Below the pieces are notes generated by a model, which was not told the origin of the DNA, ran no database searches, and worked only from the letters and a program-made list of their open reading frames with translations. Below, piece by piece: positions 19,491 to 29,200 of a DNA stretch of 41,333 bases. The stretch spans positions 1 to 41,333 of the forward strand of contig CAZHRF010000029.1 in the NCBI GenBank assembly GCA_964534625.1. The letters run 5' to 3'. Each line of letters begins with the position of its first letter. Within the stretch, counting starts at the first letter, position 1. The position numbers and the translations under genes are program-made. This stretch comes from an uncultured archaeon (GTDB lineage Archaea > Asgardarchaeota > Heimdallarchaeia > Heimdallarchaeales > Heimdallarchaeaceae).

Positions 19491-21056
19491 ATGATAATAA
19501 TGAAAAAGAAATGCTTGTTACTAATAGTTCTATTTATTCTACCATTTTTTATGACAAATAATGCTTTAGCTCATGACAATGATAAAATTGTTGAAGATAT
19601 AAGAAATACTGAAAATTCTTATCCTCAACATGATAAAGTCGTATTCATCACGTGGGACGGTGTTCGCCCTAAGTGGATGAAAGAACTCACAGCTGATGGC
19701 ACCCTCTATAATACATCCCGTGTCTTGACGGATGGGCACTTGCAACAAGTTAGAATCACCAATCACAACACAGGTACTAACCCAGGGATGGCTGCAATAG
19801 AATCAGGATATGGTCCAAATATCAATCAAATCCACGCCAACCAATTTGGTCCTGGCAGCGACAAACTTTCCATTCCAGAGGGCTTAACCATTTCCGAAAG
19901 GCTCAGAGCCCATCATGGAACCGATATTAAAATTGGTATGTTCTTCTCATGGAGTTATCATCAGGTCAATGATGATTATATGAATCAAAGTCCCAACGGG
20001 GAAAATTATACAGATCCTATCTTTGAAAATATTCGTCCAGGTTCTGAGGTAGACTACTGGTTTGCAGCAGAGAATTTGTCTTGGACACCTGAAGACGAAG
20101 AATGTAAAAGAGCAGCGTTAAATGGGTTTAATGAAAAATACCAATTATACTATGATCCGCTTATCAGAGCTCAATATATTGCAGAACATATCGTAGATTT
20201 CATTAGTAATTATTCTTCAGATAATTTCTATATCAGGGCTCACTTCACCGAACCAGATAATAGAGGTCATGGATACGGGGAAAGTTATTCATCCAATCGT
20301 AGTAAGATAACTCCTGAATATTTAAATGCATTATTAGCGTGTGATGAGGCAACAGGTATGATACTTGATGCCTTAGAAGATACAGGAATATTTGATGATA
20401 CTCTAGTCATAATTGGTACAGATCATGGTTTCTTTGGAAAAGGGCATGATGAAGATCCTTGGCCAAGTACTCTCACAGAAGTAGTAGAACAATATTTTGC
20501 AATAAGTGATTTGGATTTTGGGTCTACAGAAAACATAGCTGTTGATCAATGTGATTTTGCTCCATCAATCCTCGAATCAATGGGTGTTAATATATCCACT
20601 CTTGATCCGCTATACCTTGGTGATGAGGATACAGGAATTCCTATGTGGAAACGAGTAGACGAAGATCCAGTTAAAATTAGAAAACTTCAATTTTCAACGG
20701 CAACAGAAGGATATAAAGATGTTACAGAAGATACGGAACTACCGCAACAGTTTAATTTGCGTTTACAGGTAGTTGAGTGGTCAGAGATAACCAATGCTAG
20801 TATCATAACTAATGATCAACAACCAATAGCTGCAAACACAAAATCTAATATTGCAATATCGTGGAGTAATCTTATCGCAACTCAATTTGAAGTAGGGGAA
20901 CAAGAGATAACCTTTTATCTTGAAGATCAATTTGGCAACATTACTGAAAAAACTTATACAATAATAATTGCCAGTAGTGGTGGAATACCCTTCCTATTTC
21001 TAAGTTCATTAGTTGGGTTAGCTGCGGCTATTATTTTTGTCAAAAAGAAAAGATAA
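19491..21056 (+). CDS. Surface-anchored alkaline phosphatase superfamily enzyme (NPP/phosphodiesterase-like)
   Basis: VVFITWDGVR, TGTNPG (Thr nucleophile position), HFTEPDNRGHGYG, IIGTDHG, DFAPSIL; signal peptide; TM plus KKKR tail. Confidence 0.88.
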   Translation: MIIMKKKCLLLIVLFILPFFMTNNALAHDNDKIVEDIRNTENSYPQHDKVVFITWDGVRPKWMKELTADGTLYNTSRVLTDGHLQQVRITNHNTGTNPGMAAIESGYGPNINQIHANQFGPGSDKLSIPEGLTISERLRAHHGTDIKIGMFFSWSYHQVNDDYMNQSPNGENYTDPIFENIRPGSEVDYWFAAENLSWTPEDEECKRAALNGFNEKYQLYYDPLIRAQYIAEHIVDFISNYSSDNFYIRAHFTEPDNRGHGYGESYSSNRSKITPEYLNALLACDEATGMILDALEDTGIFDDTLVIIGTDHGFFGKGHDEDPWPSTLTEVVEQYFAISDLDFGSTENIAVDQCDFAPSILESMGVNISTLDPLYLGDEDTGIPMWKRVDEDPVKIRKLQFSTATEGYKDVTEDTELPQQFNLRLQVVEWSEITNASIITNDQQPIAANTKSNIAISWSNLIATQFEVGEQEITFYLEDQFGNITEKTYTIIIASSGGIPFLFLSSLVGLAAAIIFVKKKR

Positions 21057-21070
21057 TCATTTGTGAATAC

Positions 21071-21097
21071 TTTTTTATTTTTTATTTTTTATTTTTT
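21071..21097 (+). terminator. Oligo-T terminator (ttttttA units)
   Basis: Repeated T6 tracts just after the phosphatase stop, between convergent genes. Confidence 0.5.
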
Positions 21098-21151
21098 CTA
21101 AGATTTGCAACTAAGCTCTTAAAATACATTTTTAGGAAACGTCATTTAGGA

Positions 21152-21607
21152 CTAATCAACTTGTCCCCAAGTTATAAATTTTCCATCATATCGCTTTACT
21201 AATACCGTTCCCAGTTTTTTCCATCTCTCTTCTCGATAGCGGATAATAGCAAATTGGGCTTTGTCTATTTCGTTCTGTTCTTTTTTAATGATTGCAGATT
21301 GTAATCTCCCCTTTCGATAAAATATTCTCGGGATGTATTTTCCTTCTTTGGGTGTCCGAATAAAATCTTGTGCCATATCTAAAAAATCAGCGACAGGTAA
21401 ATTTGTATAGATTGCTGAATGTTTTTGCGTATATGCAGTACCTAAACACAATTCTTCTTTTTTATTGGTTTTTTTACATCTAGCACAAAAAACCAAATGG
21501 CAAGCATTACAGACCTTCCAATTTTCTAGTACAGCTTGAGAGAGTTTTTCAATCTTATTACAACTAGAGCATCTAATATAGTAGAGAGAGATGTCTTTTG
21601 ATTTCAT
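21152..21607 (-). CDS. RING/PHD/FYVE-like binuclear zinc-finger protein, last gene of the SMC operon
   Basis: C-x2-C-x16-C-x2-C-x4-C-x2-C-x9-C-x8-H; ATGA overlap with the upstream gene. Confidence 0.7.
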   Translation of the reverse strand: MKSKDISLYYIRCSSCNKIEKLSQAVLENWKVCNACHLVFCARCKKTNKKEELCLGTAYTQKHSAIYTNLPVADFLDMAQDFIRTPKEGKYIPRIFYRKGRLQSAIIKKEQNEIDKAQFAIIRYREERWKKLGTVLVKRYDGKFITWGQVD

Positions 21608-22275
21608 AGCCTATTAAACTCCTTACTTATTTTTTTTCGCTCGTCATCATCAAATTCAATAAAAAGACGAAAAATTGCTTGTATCTCTCCCCTACCCCGT
21701 TTCACGTAACCTAAGGTATCTAGTTTTCTCAATATTCTATCAATTTTGTATTCTTTCAGTATTCCAGGAACAACTAATTTTGTTTTAAGTTCTGTTACAT
21801 TTACTATATTTTTTTCATTTTTTTGCATTAAAGCAATAACAGACCCTAACACCAACAATTGGTCTTCAGTTAATTCTGGGGGGGCATAATGTTGAGATTT
21901 CAAACAGTACCATATCTGTTCTTTGTGAGTATATTCAACAATCTTTAAACCCAATATGTTCACGAAACGATCATATTCTTCCAATTCCTGATTTAATGTT
22001 GTTATATCATACTTTGTTGCTAAAAGCAGATCCATTTGAGTACAACCATATACTGTTTCGCCTTCAAATTGCCATCTTCTTGTCAATATAGTGGTTAATT
22101 CGCGGAATAAAGCTGTTTTCTCTTTATCGGTTATTAAAGGAGGAAAAAAGGCTTCACGATCAACATACTGTTTTTCTGTAGATTTTTTGCTGGTTCTTTC
22201 TATATCTTCAGAATGAGGAATAGGCTTTTCAGTCTTACCCTTTCCAGAATTTTCAATATCGATTGAATCATCCAT
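21604..22275 (-). CDS. Tandem winged-helix KITE protein (Nse1/ScpB-like)
   Basis: WH-A end (ELEEYDRFVNILGLKIV....WYCL), linker helix (LTEDQLLVLGSVIAL), WH-B (IDRILRKLDTLGYV...EIQAIFRLFIEF). Start ATG 22275 overlaps the upstream stop by 8 nt. Confidence 0.7.
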   Translation of the reverse strand: MDDSIDIENSGKGKTEKPIPHSEDIERTSKKSTEKQYVDREAFFPPLITDKEKTALFRELTTILTRRWQFEGETVYGCTQMDLLLATKYDITTLNQELEEYDRFVNILGLKIVEYTHKEQIWYCLKSQHYAPPELTEDQLLVLGSVIALMQKNEKNIVNVTELKTKLVVPGILKEYKIDRILRKLDTLGYVKRGRGEIQAIFRLFIEFDDDERKKISKEFNRL

Positions 22276-23053
22276 CAACGTCGACCTCTTCAGTTTTTCT
22301 AGAATGTTTCTTTGGAGATAATAGCAAGGAACTAACCACAGAGTCTTTAGGTGAATTACTAGTTCCCCTCTTAAACAATAACATCTCACCCAAATTAATT
22401 ACAATCAATTTTTTTTCACTTACCAATTTTGATAATAATTCAGCTTCAATCGTTGTCAATAATTCATTTAGTACATTTTTAGATATCTTCTTACCTACTA
22501 ATTTGTCCATTAAATTCGTTTCAATTGTCATAAAAACCTCATCTCCAATATGATCTTCTGTTTCTAGTTTTGAAAAATCATACTCACTATAGATGTTAAT
22601 ATAGTCCTCCGAACTACCTTGAGGAGTTAAATCCATTATCTCTCCGCTTACTTTTTCAATATTTACTTGATCAAAAGGGAAAAAACAATCATGTGTGCAA
22701 TAAACTATAGGTTGACATGTCTCAGCAACAAATTGAGAGAACTGTTCTATTCTTCTTTCACGTGTCAATAAGTTGGATAATAGCTCATCTTCACGTAAAT
22801 CAATCATTTCAATAAAATCTTTATAAAGAGATGAATCTAGTAAAAAACTTTTTTGTTCATCGATGTATAAATACGCATCTGAAACCTTGTTTCTGTCTTT
22901 TTCTGCCTCATCTAAGTGTATAGATTTCTTTTTCTTTATTGATCGAGAATATTTTTTTTGTAATTCAAATAGTGTTAGAAAAACAAGATTAGCCCACTCT
23001 CCGTCATATTTCTCAAATGAGATTTTTTCATTTTGATTTTCAGGTTTAGACAT
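22268..23053 (-). CDS. Probable kleisin (Nse4/ScpA-like)
   Basis: Lies between SMC and KITE genes; helical N-domain with FLLDSSLY; low-structure middle; C-terminal WH-like ELLSKLVSEKKLIVINLGEMLLFK. Confidence 0.5.
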   Translation of the reverse strand: MSKPENQNEKISFEKYDGEWANLVFLTLFELQKKYSRSIKKKKSIHLDEAEKDRNKVSDAYLYIDEQKSFLLDSSLYKDFIEMIDLREDELLSNLLTRERRIEQFSQFVAETCQPIVYCTHDCFFPFDQVNIEKVSGEIMDLTPQGSSEDYINIYSEYDFSKLETEDHIGDEVFMTIETNLMDKLVGKKISKNVLNELLTTIEAELLSKLVSEKKLIVINLGEMLLFKRGTSNSPKDSVVSSLLLSPKKHSRKTEEVDVDG

Positions 23054-23056
23054 TTT

Positions 23057-26017
23057 CTATTGCACCTCTAAAGATTCGATGAGAATATGATGACTGAATT
23101 TAGGCGACAATTTAACATTATCTAGAGTAGGCGTGATTAATATAAACTGTGGTAGGAGAGTTTCTTCTTCTTTTGAAAGATTGTATAATGATAAAACCAT
23201 AGAAAAAGCGTGAGCTTTATTTTTATAATCTAGTTTCTGCGTAAACTCATCAATTGCATGAATCGGACAATGATTCTGATGTAAACCTAAAATAATTGCT
23301 TGAGCAATAAGCGTTTTTTCTCCTCCAGATAACTGTCTATATGACCTATTATCTCCTTTAGTCTGTGCTTCAATGTGTAATTCAGCTCTTCTTTGATCTC
23401 TGTAATTAGATATTTTGATAAAAATCGTTTCAAAAACATCAGCTAACAAAAATGAAAGAGCAGCATTTAAATCCTCTACAACATTTATTATCCCCGTTTC
23501 CCATTCCTCTAATCGTTTTTGTAAATCTTTTTCTAAATTTTTCAGATGTTCACGCTCTCCCTCATTGGTTTTAATCAAATTTTCGACTTTTTTTTGTTGT
23601 GATTTAATAGTCTCTTCACTTATCTCTGGAGTAATATTTATCAACTCTAATTGCCCTTTAATCGAGTAATATTCTTTTGATATAGTGTCACGGTTTTCAC
23701 GAATTTCAGAAGGCTTTTCTCCAGATTCTTCTGCTTTTTTCATTTTGAGAGGGAGAAAACTGTTAAATTCTTGTAACTCAGAAGAATAGCGCGATTTTTT
23801 TTCAACAAGTGATTGTTTTTCCCTAGCTAAACCTTCTAGTTCTGAGTTAATTTCGCTCATATTGCCTGATATACGCTCTTTCTCCAATTTTTTTGTTTGT
23901 ATCAACTCTGATAGTTTTACCATTTTTTTCTCAATAGTATAAATTTTATTTTCTATAGTTTTTATAGCATTTTTTTCAATAGCAACTTCAGTTAAAAATT
24001 CTTGTCGTCTCTCTTCAATAAGTAAAATCTGATTTTCAAGTTGATTTTTGCTTAACGACCAAGGGTTTAATTTTCTTTTTAGTTCATCTTGGTCTTTGAA
24101 GAGACTTATTTTTTTACTTCGTAATAACGTTTCTTTTTCCTTTAAACTTTCATTCTCTCTTTCTAATTTGCTCTTATTATGTCTTAATTGAGAGATGGAT
24201 TTATATTTTTCAATTTCAACACCTACTTTAATACTACTAACGGGAGGCGGTCTTGTAAATGCTCCACGATGAAGAAAAAAACTATTACAGTCAGTTGTTA
24301 GGACGTTTACTCTATTTTTTTGAGCAAAGTCCGTAAGTAAATTACTCGATATATTTGGATAAGCCAAACATGTTCGAACGAACTTTCTTAAATAGTACAT
24401 TATGTGAAACGGTCCCTCAATAAGATTAATTGCCATATCTATTACTCCCGATGGTTTATTTTCTAATATCTGATTTTTTTGCTTATAATCAGGTATTGGT
24501 CCTTCTTCTTCTAATACCCTCCCTACAGTTATGTTAAGTTTATAATTACTAGACAAACCATCGTATATCTGTTTGGCTCTCTCATACGCATCATGAGATG
24601 TGGCAACATAGTGAAAAAGAGCTGTTCCAATAACAGTAGTAATTGGTTTTTCTAGTTCTTTATAGGAATCTTTTATTTTAATAACTTCAAAAACAGGACC
24701 TATAATTTCATCGGTATACCCAGTTTGTTCAATTGCTGATTTAAAACGAACAACATCTTCTAAGGTTTTTCTTTCTCTCTCTCGTAGCTGTCCAAAACGC
24801 CTACTTCGTTTGTCAATTAAATCTTCTAACTGCAAAATTTTTTCCTTATTCAGATGAATATTTTTTTGGATCATATGAATATTGGATTCAGTATCATTTA
24901 TAGTAATTTTAATCGTATCTAAAGATTTTATAAGGGCTGCTTTCTTTTTTATGCTTTCTTCACTGCTAATATTTACAAATTTCTCACGTCTTCTTTCAAG
25001 TTCTTGCAATTTACTTTCATAATTAGTTATTATATTCTTTTTTTCTTCTATTTTTCCTTCTTTACGATTCTTATTTTTTTCTAGCAGATCGAGTTCATAT
25101 TTTGTTTCAGTAAAAACAGCTTGTTTTTCTTCGAGTGTTTTTCCTAGAGTTTGCTTTTTTTTAAGCAAGGTGTTTTCTTTTTGCTTTATTTTTTCTCTTC
25201 TTTCTCTTAAAGATTGAATCTTATCTTCATTTTCAGTAATAGCCTTTTTGAGTTTAAGATAATCATACCACGCCAGTTCTCTTTTGAGTATATCAAATTT
25301 TTCTATCAGTTCTGTTCTTTGCTCTAACTGTTCATAGTCGTCTTTCATTTTTTGCAAGTTGTTTTTTTCCCTCTCTAGCTGTAACAACAATGGAGAAACT
25401 TGTCTTTGTTTCTCTTCTAGTTTGCTCTTCGAAATCTTATATCTTTCATATGTTTCTTTTAGACCTGTTGCTTCAAGTAAGTTGTCTAATTTTTTATATG
25501 GGGAATCATTGGCAAAAGCATCTAAAAAACCCTCCTCAGTAAAATTAAACATAGTTTCATCATGAATACCTATACTCTTCATGATACGCTGAACCTGGCG
25601 CCTTGTAACTGATTTAGAGCTTGTTCCCGTATGGATTTGCCGTTTGATAGTTCCCTCTTTTCTTATCTCGGTTTCAATACTTATATTACTATGAGACAAG
25701 ATGTGTTCAATATCGGGATCATCAATCTGAAAAAGTCTGCTCCCATTGGTTAAAGGATTACATAATGAAAGGATAATAGTTGAATGATCATCAAAAGGTC
25801 CGATTAACTCAGTGTTCTTTGAAAGTGCTACTCTACTAGGAGTTTGTCCTACAGACAGTATAAGTGATTCTAGAATTTGGGTTTTTCCACTCCCATTGGC
25901 TCCAGATATAACCGTGATAGGATTGTTAGATAAATCTAGTTCAGTATATTTATGCATTTTATAGTTGTACATCTTGAGTGAATCGAAAACAAATCCTTCT
26001 TTACCCTCTACATTCAT
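23057..26017 (-). CDS. SMC5/6-type SMC ATPase
   Basis: Walker A GANGSGKT; two long coiled coils; central hinge IIGPVFEVIKI; signature LSGGEKT; Walker B AIDEFTQKLD; QFILITP end typical of SMC5/6. Start ATG 26017. Confidence 0.88.
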   Translation of the reverse strand: MNVEGKEGFVFDSLKMYNYKMHKYTELDLSNNPITVISGANGSGKTQILESLILSVGQTPSRVALSKNTELIGPFDDHSTIILSLCNPLTNGSRLFQIDDPDIEHILSHSNISIETEIRKEGTIKRQIHTGTSSKSVTRRQVQRIMKSIGIHDETMFNFTEEGFLDAFANDSPYKKLDNLLEATGLKETYERYKISKSKLEEKQRQVSPLLLQLEREKNNLQKMKDDYEQLEQRTELIEKFDILKRELAWYDYLKLKKAITENEDKIQSLRERREKIKQKENTLLKKKQTLGKTLEEKQAVFTETKYELDLLEKNKNRKEGKIEEKKNIITNYESKLQELERRREKFVNISSEESIKKKAALIKSLDTIKITINDTESNIHMIQKNIHLNKEKILQLEDLIDKRSRRFGQLRERERKTLEDVVRFKSAIEQTGYTDEIIGPVFEVIKIKDSYKELEKPITTVIGTALFHYVATSHDAYERAKQIYDGLSSNYKLNITVGRVLEEEGPIPDYKQKNQILENKPSGVIDMAINLIEGPFHIMYYLRKFVRTCLAYPNISSNLLTDFAQKNRVNVLTTDCNSFFLHRGAFTRPPPVSSIKVGVEIEKYKSISQLRHNKSKLERENESLKEKETLLRSKKISLFKDQDELKRKLNPWSLSKNQLENQILLIEERRQEFLTEVAIEKNAIKTIENKIYTIEKKMVKLSELIQTKKLEKERISGNMSEINSELEGLAREKQSLVEKKSRYSSELQEFNSFLPLKMKKAEESGEKPSEIRENRDTISKEYYSIKGQLELINITPEISEETIKSQQKKVENLIKTNEGEREHLKNLEKDLQKRLEEWETGIINVVEDLNAALSFLLADVFETIFIKISNYRDQRRAELHIEAQTKGDNRSYRQLSGGEKTLIAQAIILGLHQNHCPIHAIDEFTQKLDYKNKAHAFSMVLSLYNLSKEEETLLPQFILITPTLDNVKLSPKFSHHILIESLEVQ

Positions 26018-26236
26018 CTTTCCAATCGACCTTATTGCTAAAACTAGTACAGAGAACATACTATTTAAAGCAATTCAATTCACATACAATGTAACTAATA
26101 AACTAGATTCAAAGAAAGAAGAAAGAAAACGGCACATGTGACAAGTCACTTATCCCTTCGTATGCTTTTTATCTTGATAAGAAGAAAAACAGAAAGAAAA
26201 AATAAAAAGTAAAAAGAAAAGAAACAAAAAAATAGG

Positions 26237-29200
26237 TTATTTCTTACGTTTTTTGTTTAAGGTTACTACTGCGGTAATAACTAAGGTTGTAATGGTGATA
26301 TATACAAAATCCATTGAACCAAGAAATCTTGTTCTCTCTTGTCCACCTGTATGTACATCTGCACCTGCTGATGTACCAGTTGAAGTAGAAGAACCATAAT
26401 CTTCCCAATTATCTGTTTCTTGCGCTTCACCATTCATTACCATAAGAGATGAGGTTCCACCACCAAGTGTAGGATCGCCTCCACCTAGTTCATTTTCAAA
26501 TGCAGTAGAATAAACAACAACCATACCAGGTAAATTACAGCCATCATTCGTTAAGAAAACCCAATGCATTGATATTTCTACACTTTCATTTACATCGAGG
26601 TTAATGTCCTCAACAGTTATGACTGCAAATCCACCATAACTTCCATTGGATACTGTCCCTTCTGTTGTTGTTACCCATCTGAGCTCTAGCTCATCTTCAT
26701 TGAAATATTGTAGTGCTAGAATATCAGTTTCAGTTCCACCAACATTTTCAATGGTCACAGTAACTGTTAGTTCAGAAGGTTTACCATCTTCAAAATCAAA
26801 CTCAACTGTTGTGGTTATATCTAATACGGGTTGTGGCCATGCGGGGGCTAATGCTTCAGAATCGGGCAATAAAAGTCCCCATGCCATGTTTGAAACAACC
26901 CATTGATGGGTTTCACCTGCGCCCTCATATACTGCGGGAGGCGCGTCGGGATTGAAGAAATTCTCAACTTCTAATGGTGGTTGGCCATAATCACTTATGA
27001 AATCCACTACTGCATATACTGGATGAATCCCTAAGAATGAGTTAGCATCAACAGTAACATTGAATTCATGTTTTGTTCCATTTTCAATTATTCCTACTGT
27101 TTCTACATAGAATATTTCAGGTTCTACTATCTGCCAATTATTACCCAATCGACCATGAACTAACCATAAATCTACTTCATGGGCATCAATATCACCGACA
27201 TTTTCTATATATCCGGTAATTTGTACTGGATCACCAACTGTATATTCTAGTTTATCTAGTTCTACATATACATTTAATACAGCTTCATCGTCAACAAGTT
27301 GGAAGTTTATGCCATTACTAAATCCAAAATATTCAAAACCTGCGGTATCTTCATAGCTAAATCGCGCACCAACAGATATCCAGATATCTTGCCATGCATC
27401 ATAAAAACTTATAGGTCGGCCATATGCCAATTGACCAGCTTTATCTGCATACCCTAGTAACATTTGCATCATTTCATAGAAGTTATGTTCATTTGTTACA
27501 AGTTCAATAGCTTTACCAAAATCTCCGTCCGGTATATCTACTAGTGACCAAAACATGGCACCAAATGTCATCCATGGAGCTGTTATGTTTTCTAGTGCCC
27601 ATTGTACTGTAGTTGATGCACCAACATCAAGAGTAGCTATTTCAGTTTCTAAGAACCATTCGGTTCTGTTCTCTCCGAAACGTGTTACAGTACGATTAAC
27701 TAAGTCGAAATCTTGGTAATTAGGATCAAATAGTGTCTGATTAACATATAAAAGATCAAATAAATCTTTGGCTGCGTTCTTCACTCCATCTATAAGACTT
27801 GCCTTATAATCACTCAATAGCTCACTTACTTCTGTATAGCTATAATTATTGATATCTATTGGATCTAGAAACTCTTTAACTCTATTGACAAGAATATTAC
27901 TTAAACCATCAGGATTACTTACTGAGATAGTTGTATCTATAGTACCTATTTGACCTGAAACATCATAAGTAGCAGACTCTGTTTTTACAATTTCCTCGGT
28001 ATTTGTTTCATCAAAGTCTACCCATGTTCCATTTTCATATTGATACCAGTTATCAAATAACAATACCTCTTGTGTCAGCTCCATATCATCATAACCTTCG
28101 AATGCTCCACCATAGTCGACATAAATCGTTACACTAGTATTCGTCTGTATGGTATCGGAAATATTGACATCGTCTCTTAACCTTGGTAGAACAGGTTTAT
28201 TCTCGATTAAATCCATAAAATCTGGTCCTAATGGATAACTGATTAGAACATTTTTGGCTACTTCGGTACCTGTATTAATAATATCATACTCCATCTGTAG
28301 GATACCTTCAGTTTGTAATAAATCATGGTCATATGCCATATTAACTGATACCCTTGGAGCAAGTAGTGCTGAATGATCTACTGTATACGTCACTTCAAAA
28401 TCCAGTGTTGCTCTTTTCACCCATCCTGGATATTGCATATCCCAGTCCATTCTTCCAGTTATTTGTGGAGCTACATTATCTGTATCCGGTGTGATTACTG
28501 AAGGATTGATTGTATAGGGGAATCGCACTTTCACACTAGAATAATGTTTGTAACCTTCCATTGTAGAAGCTGTTAATGCTCCTCCAAAGATATTAGCGGC
28601 AGATAGTGTATAGGGACTTGTTCCTGTTATTGCTTCATCATCTACATAATAGATCCCTCTGACAGATTGTATTCCATAAGGTGTTTCACCTTCTCCTACA
28701 AATACTGTTTTTACAGGGGCATCAGCTATATCAGTAGCACTTAATGCTGAAGCAAAACCATCTGTTATATCGCCTTGTATTTCTGTTACAAGATCATTAA
28801 ATTTACTATTTCCTTCTAATCCACCATTAAACGCATATATATTTGGATCATATATTGCCCCTAGCCACAAATCTATTCCATAATAGTCGGAGTAGAGTTC
28901 GGCTACTGCCATAGCGTCTTGAACATCAGCTGATGTTTGCATCTGTAAAAGTAGTGTGGCATTATCAGGCGCTTTAAATGGTCTTCTTAGAAGATAACTA
29001 TCATATGCTTCTTGATCAGATAGTACAAATATCCAGTTCTTCACCTTATCCAATGCTGTTCCTGTTGGTTTTTCTGTCGATGGACCTCCAACAAGATTCA
29101 TCTTTATGAGAGCAGCAGAGTCAATACCCGCTACAACCGTTAAATCTTCAATAAAATAGGGCTCTGATTGTGTTGTCATTTCAGAACCAAATTGATTAGT

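Noticed and set aside
21152-26017. Wadjet/MksBEFG or Rad50-Mre11 assignment
   Set aside because: No Toprim nuclease or Mre11 gene, no central CxxC zinc hook, and the gene order and motifs fit SMC5/6 better.
26138-26149. Short palindrome gtgac-aa-gtcac upstream of the SMC operon
   Set aside because: Only 5-bp arms; within chance expectation.
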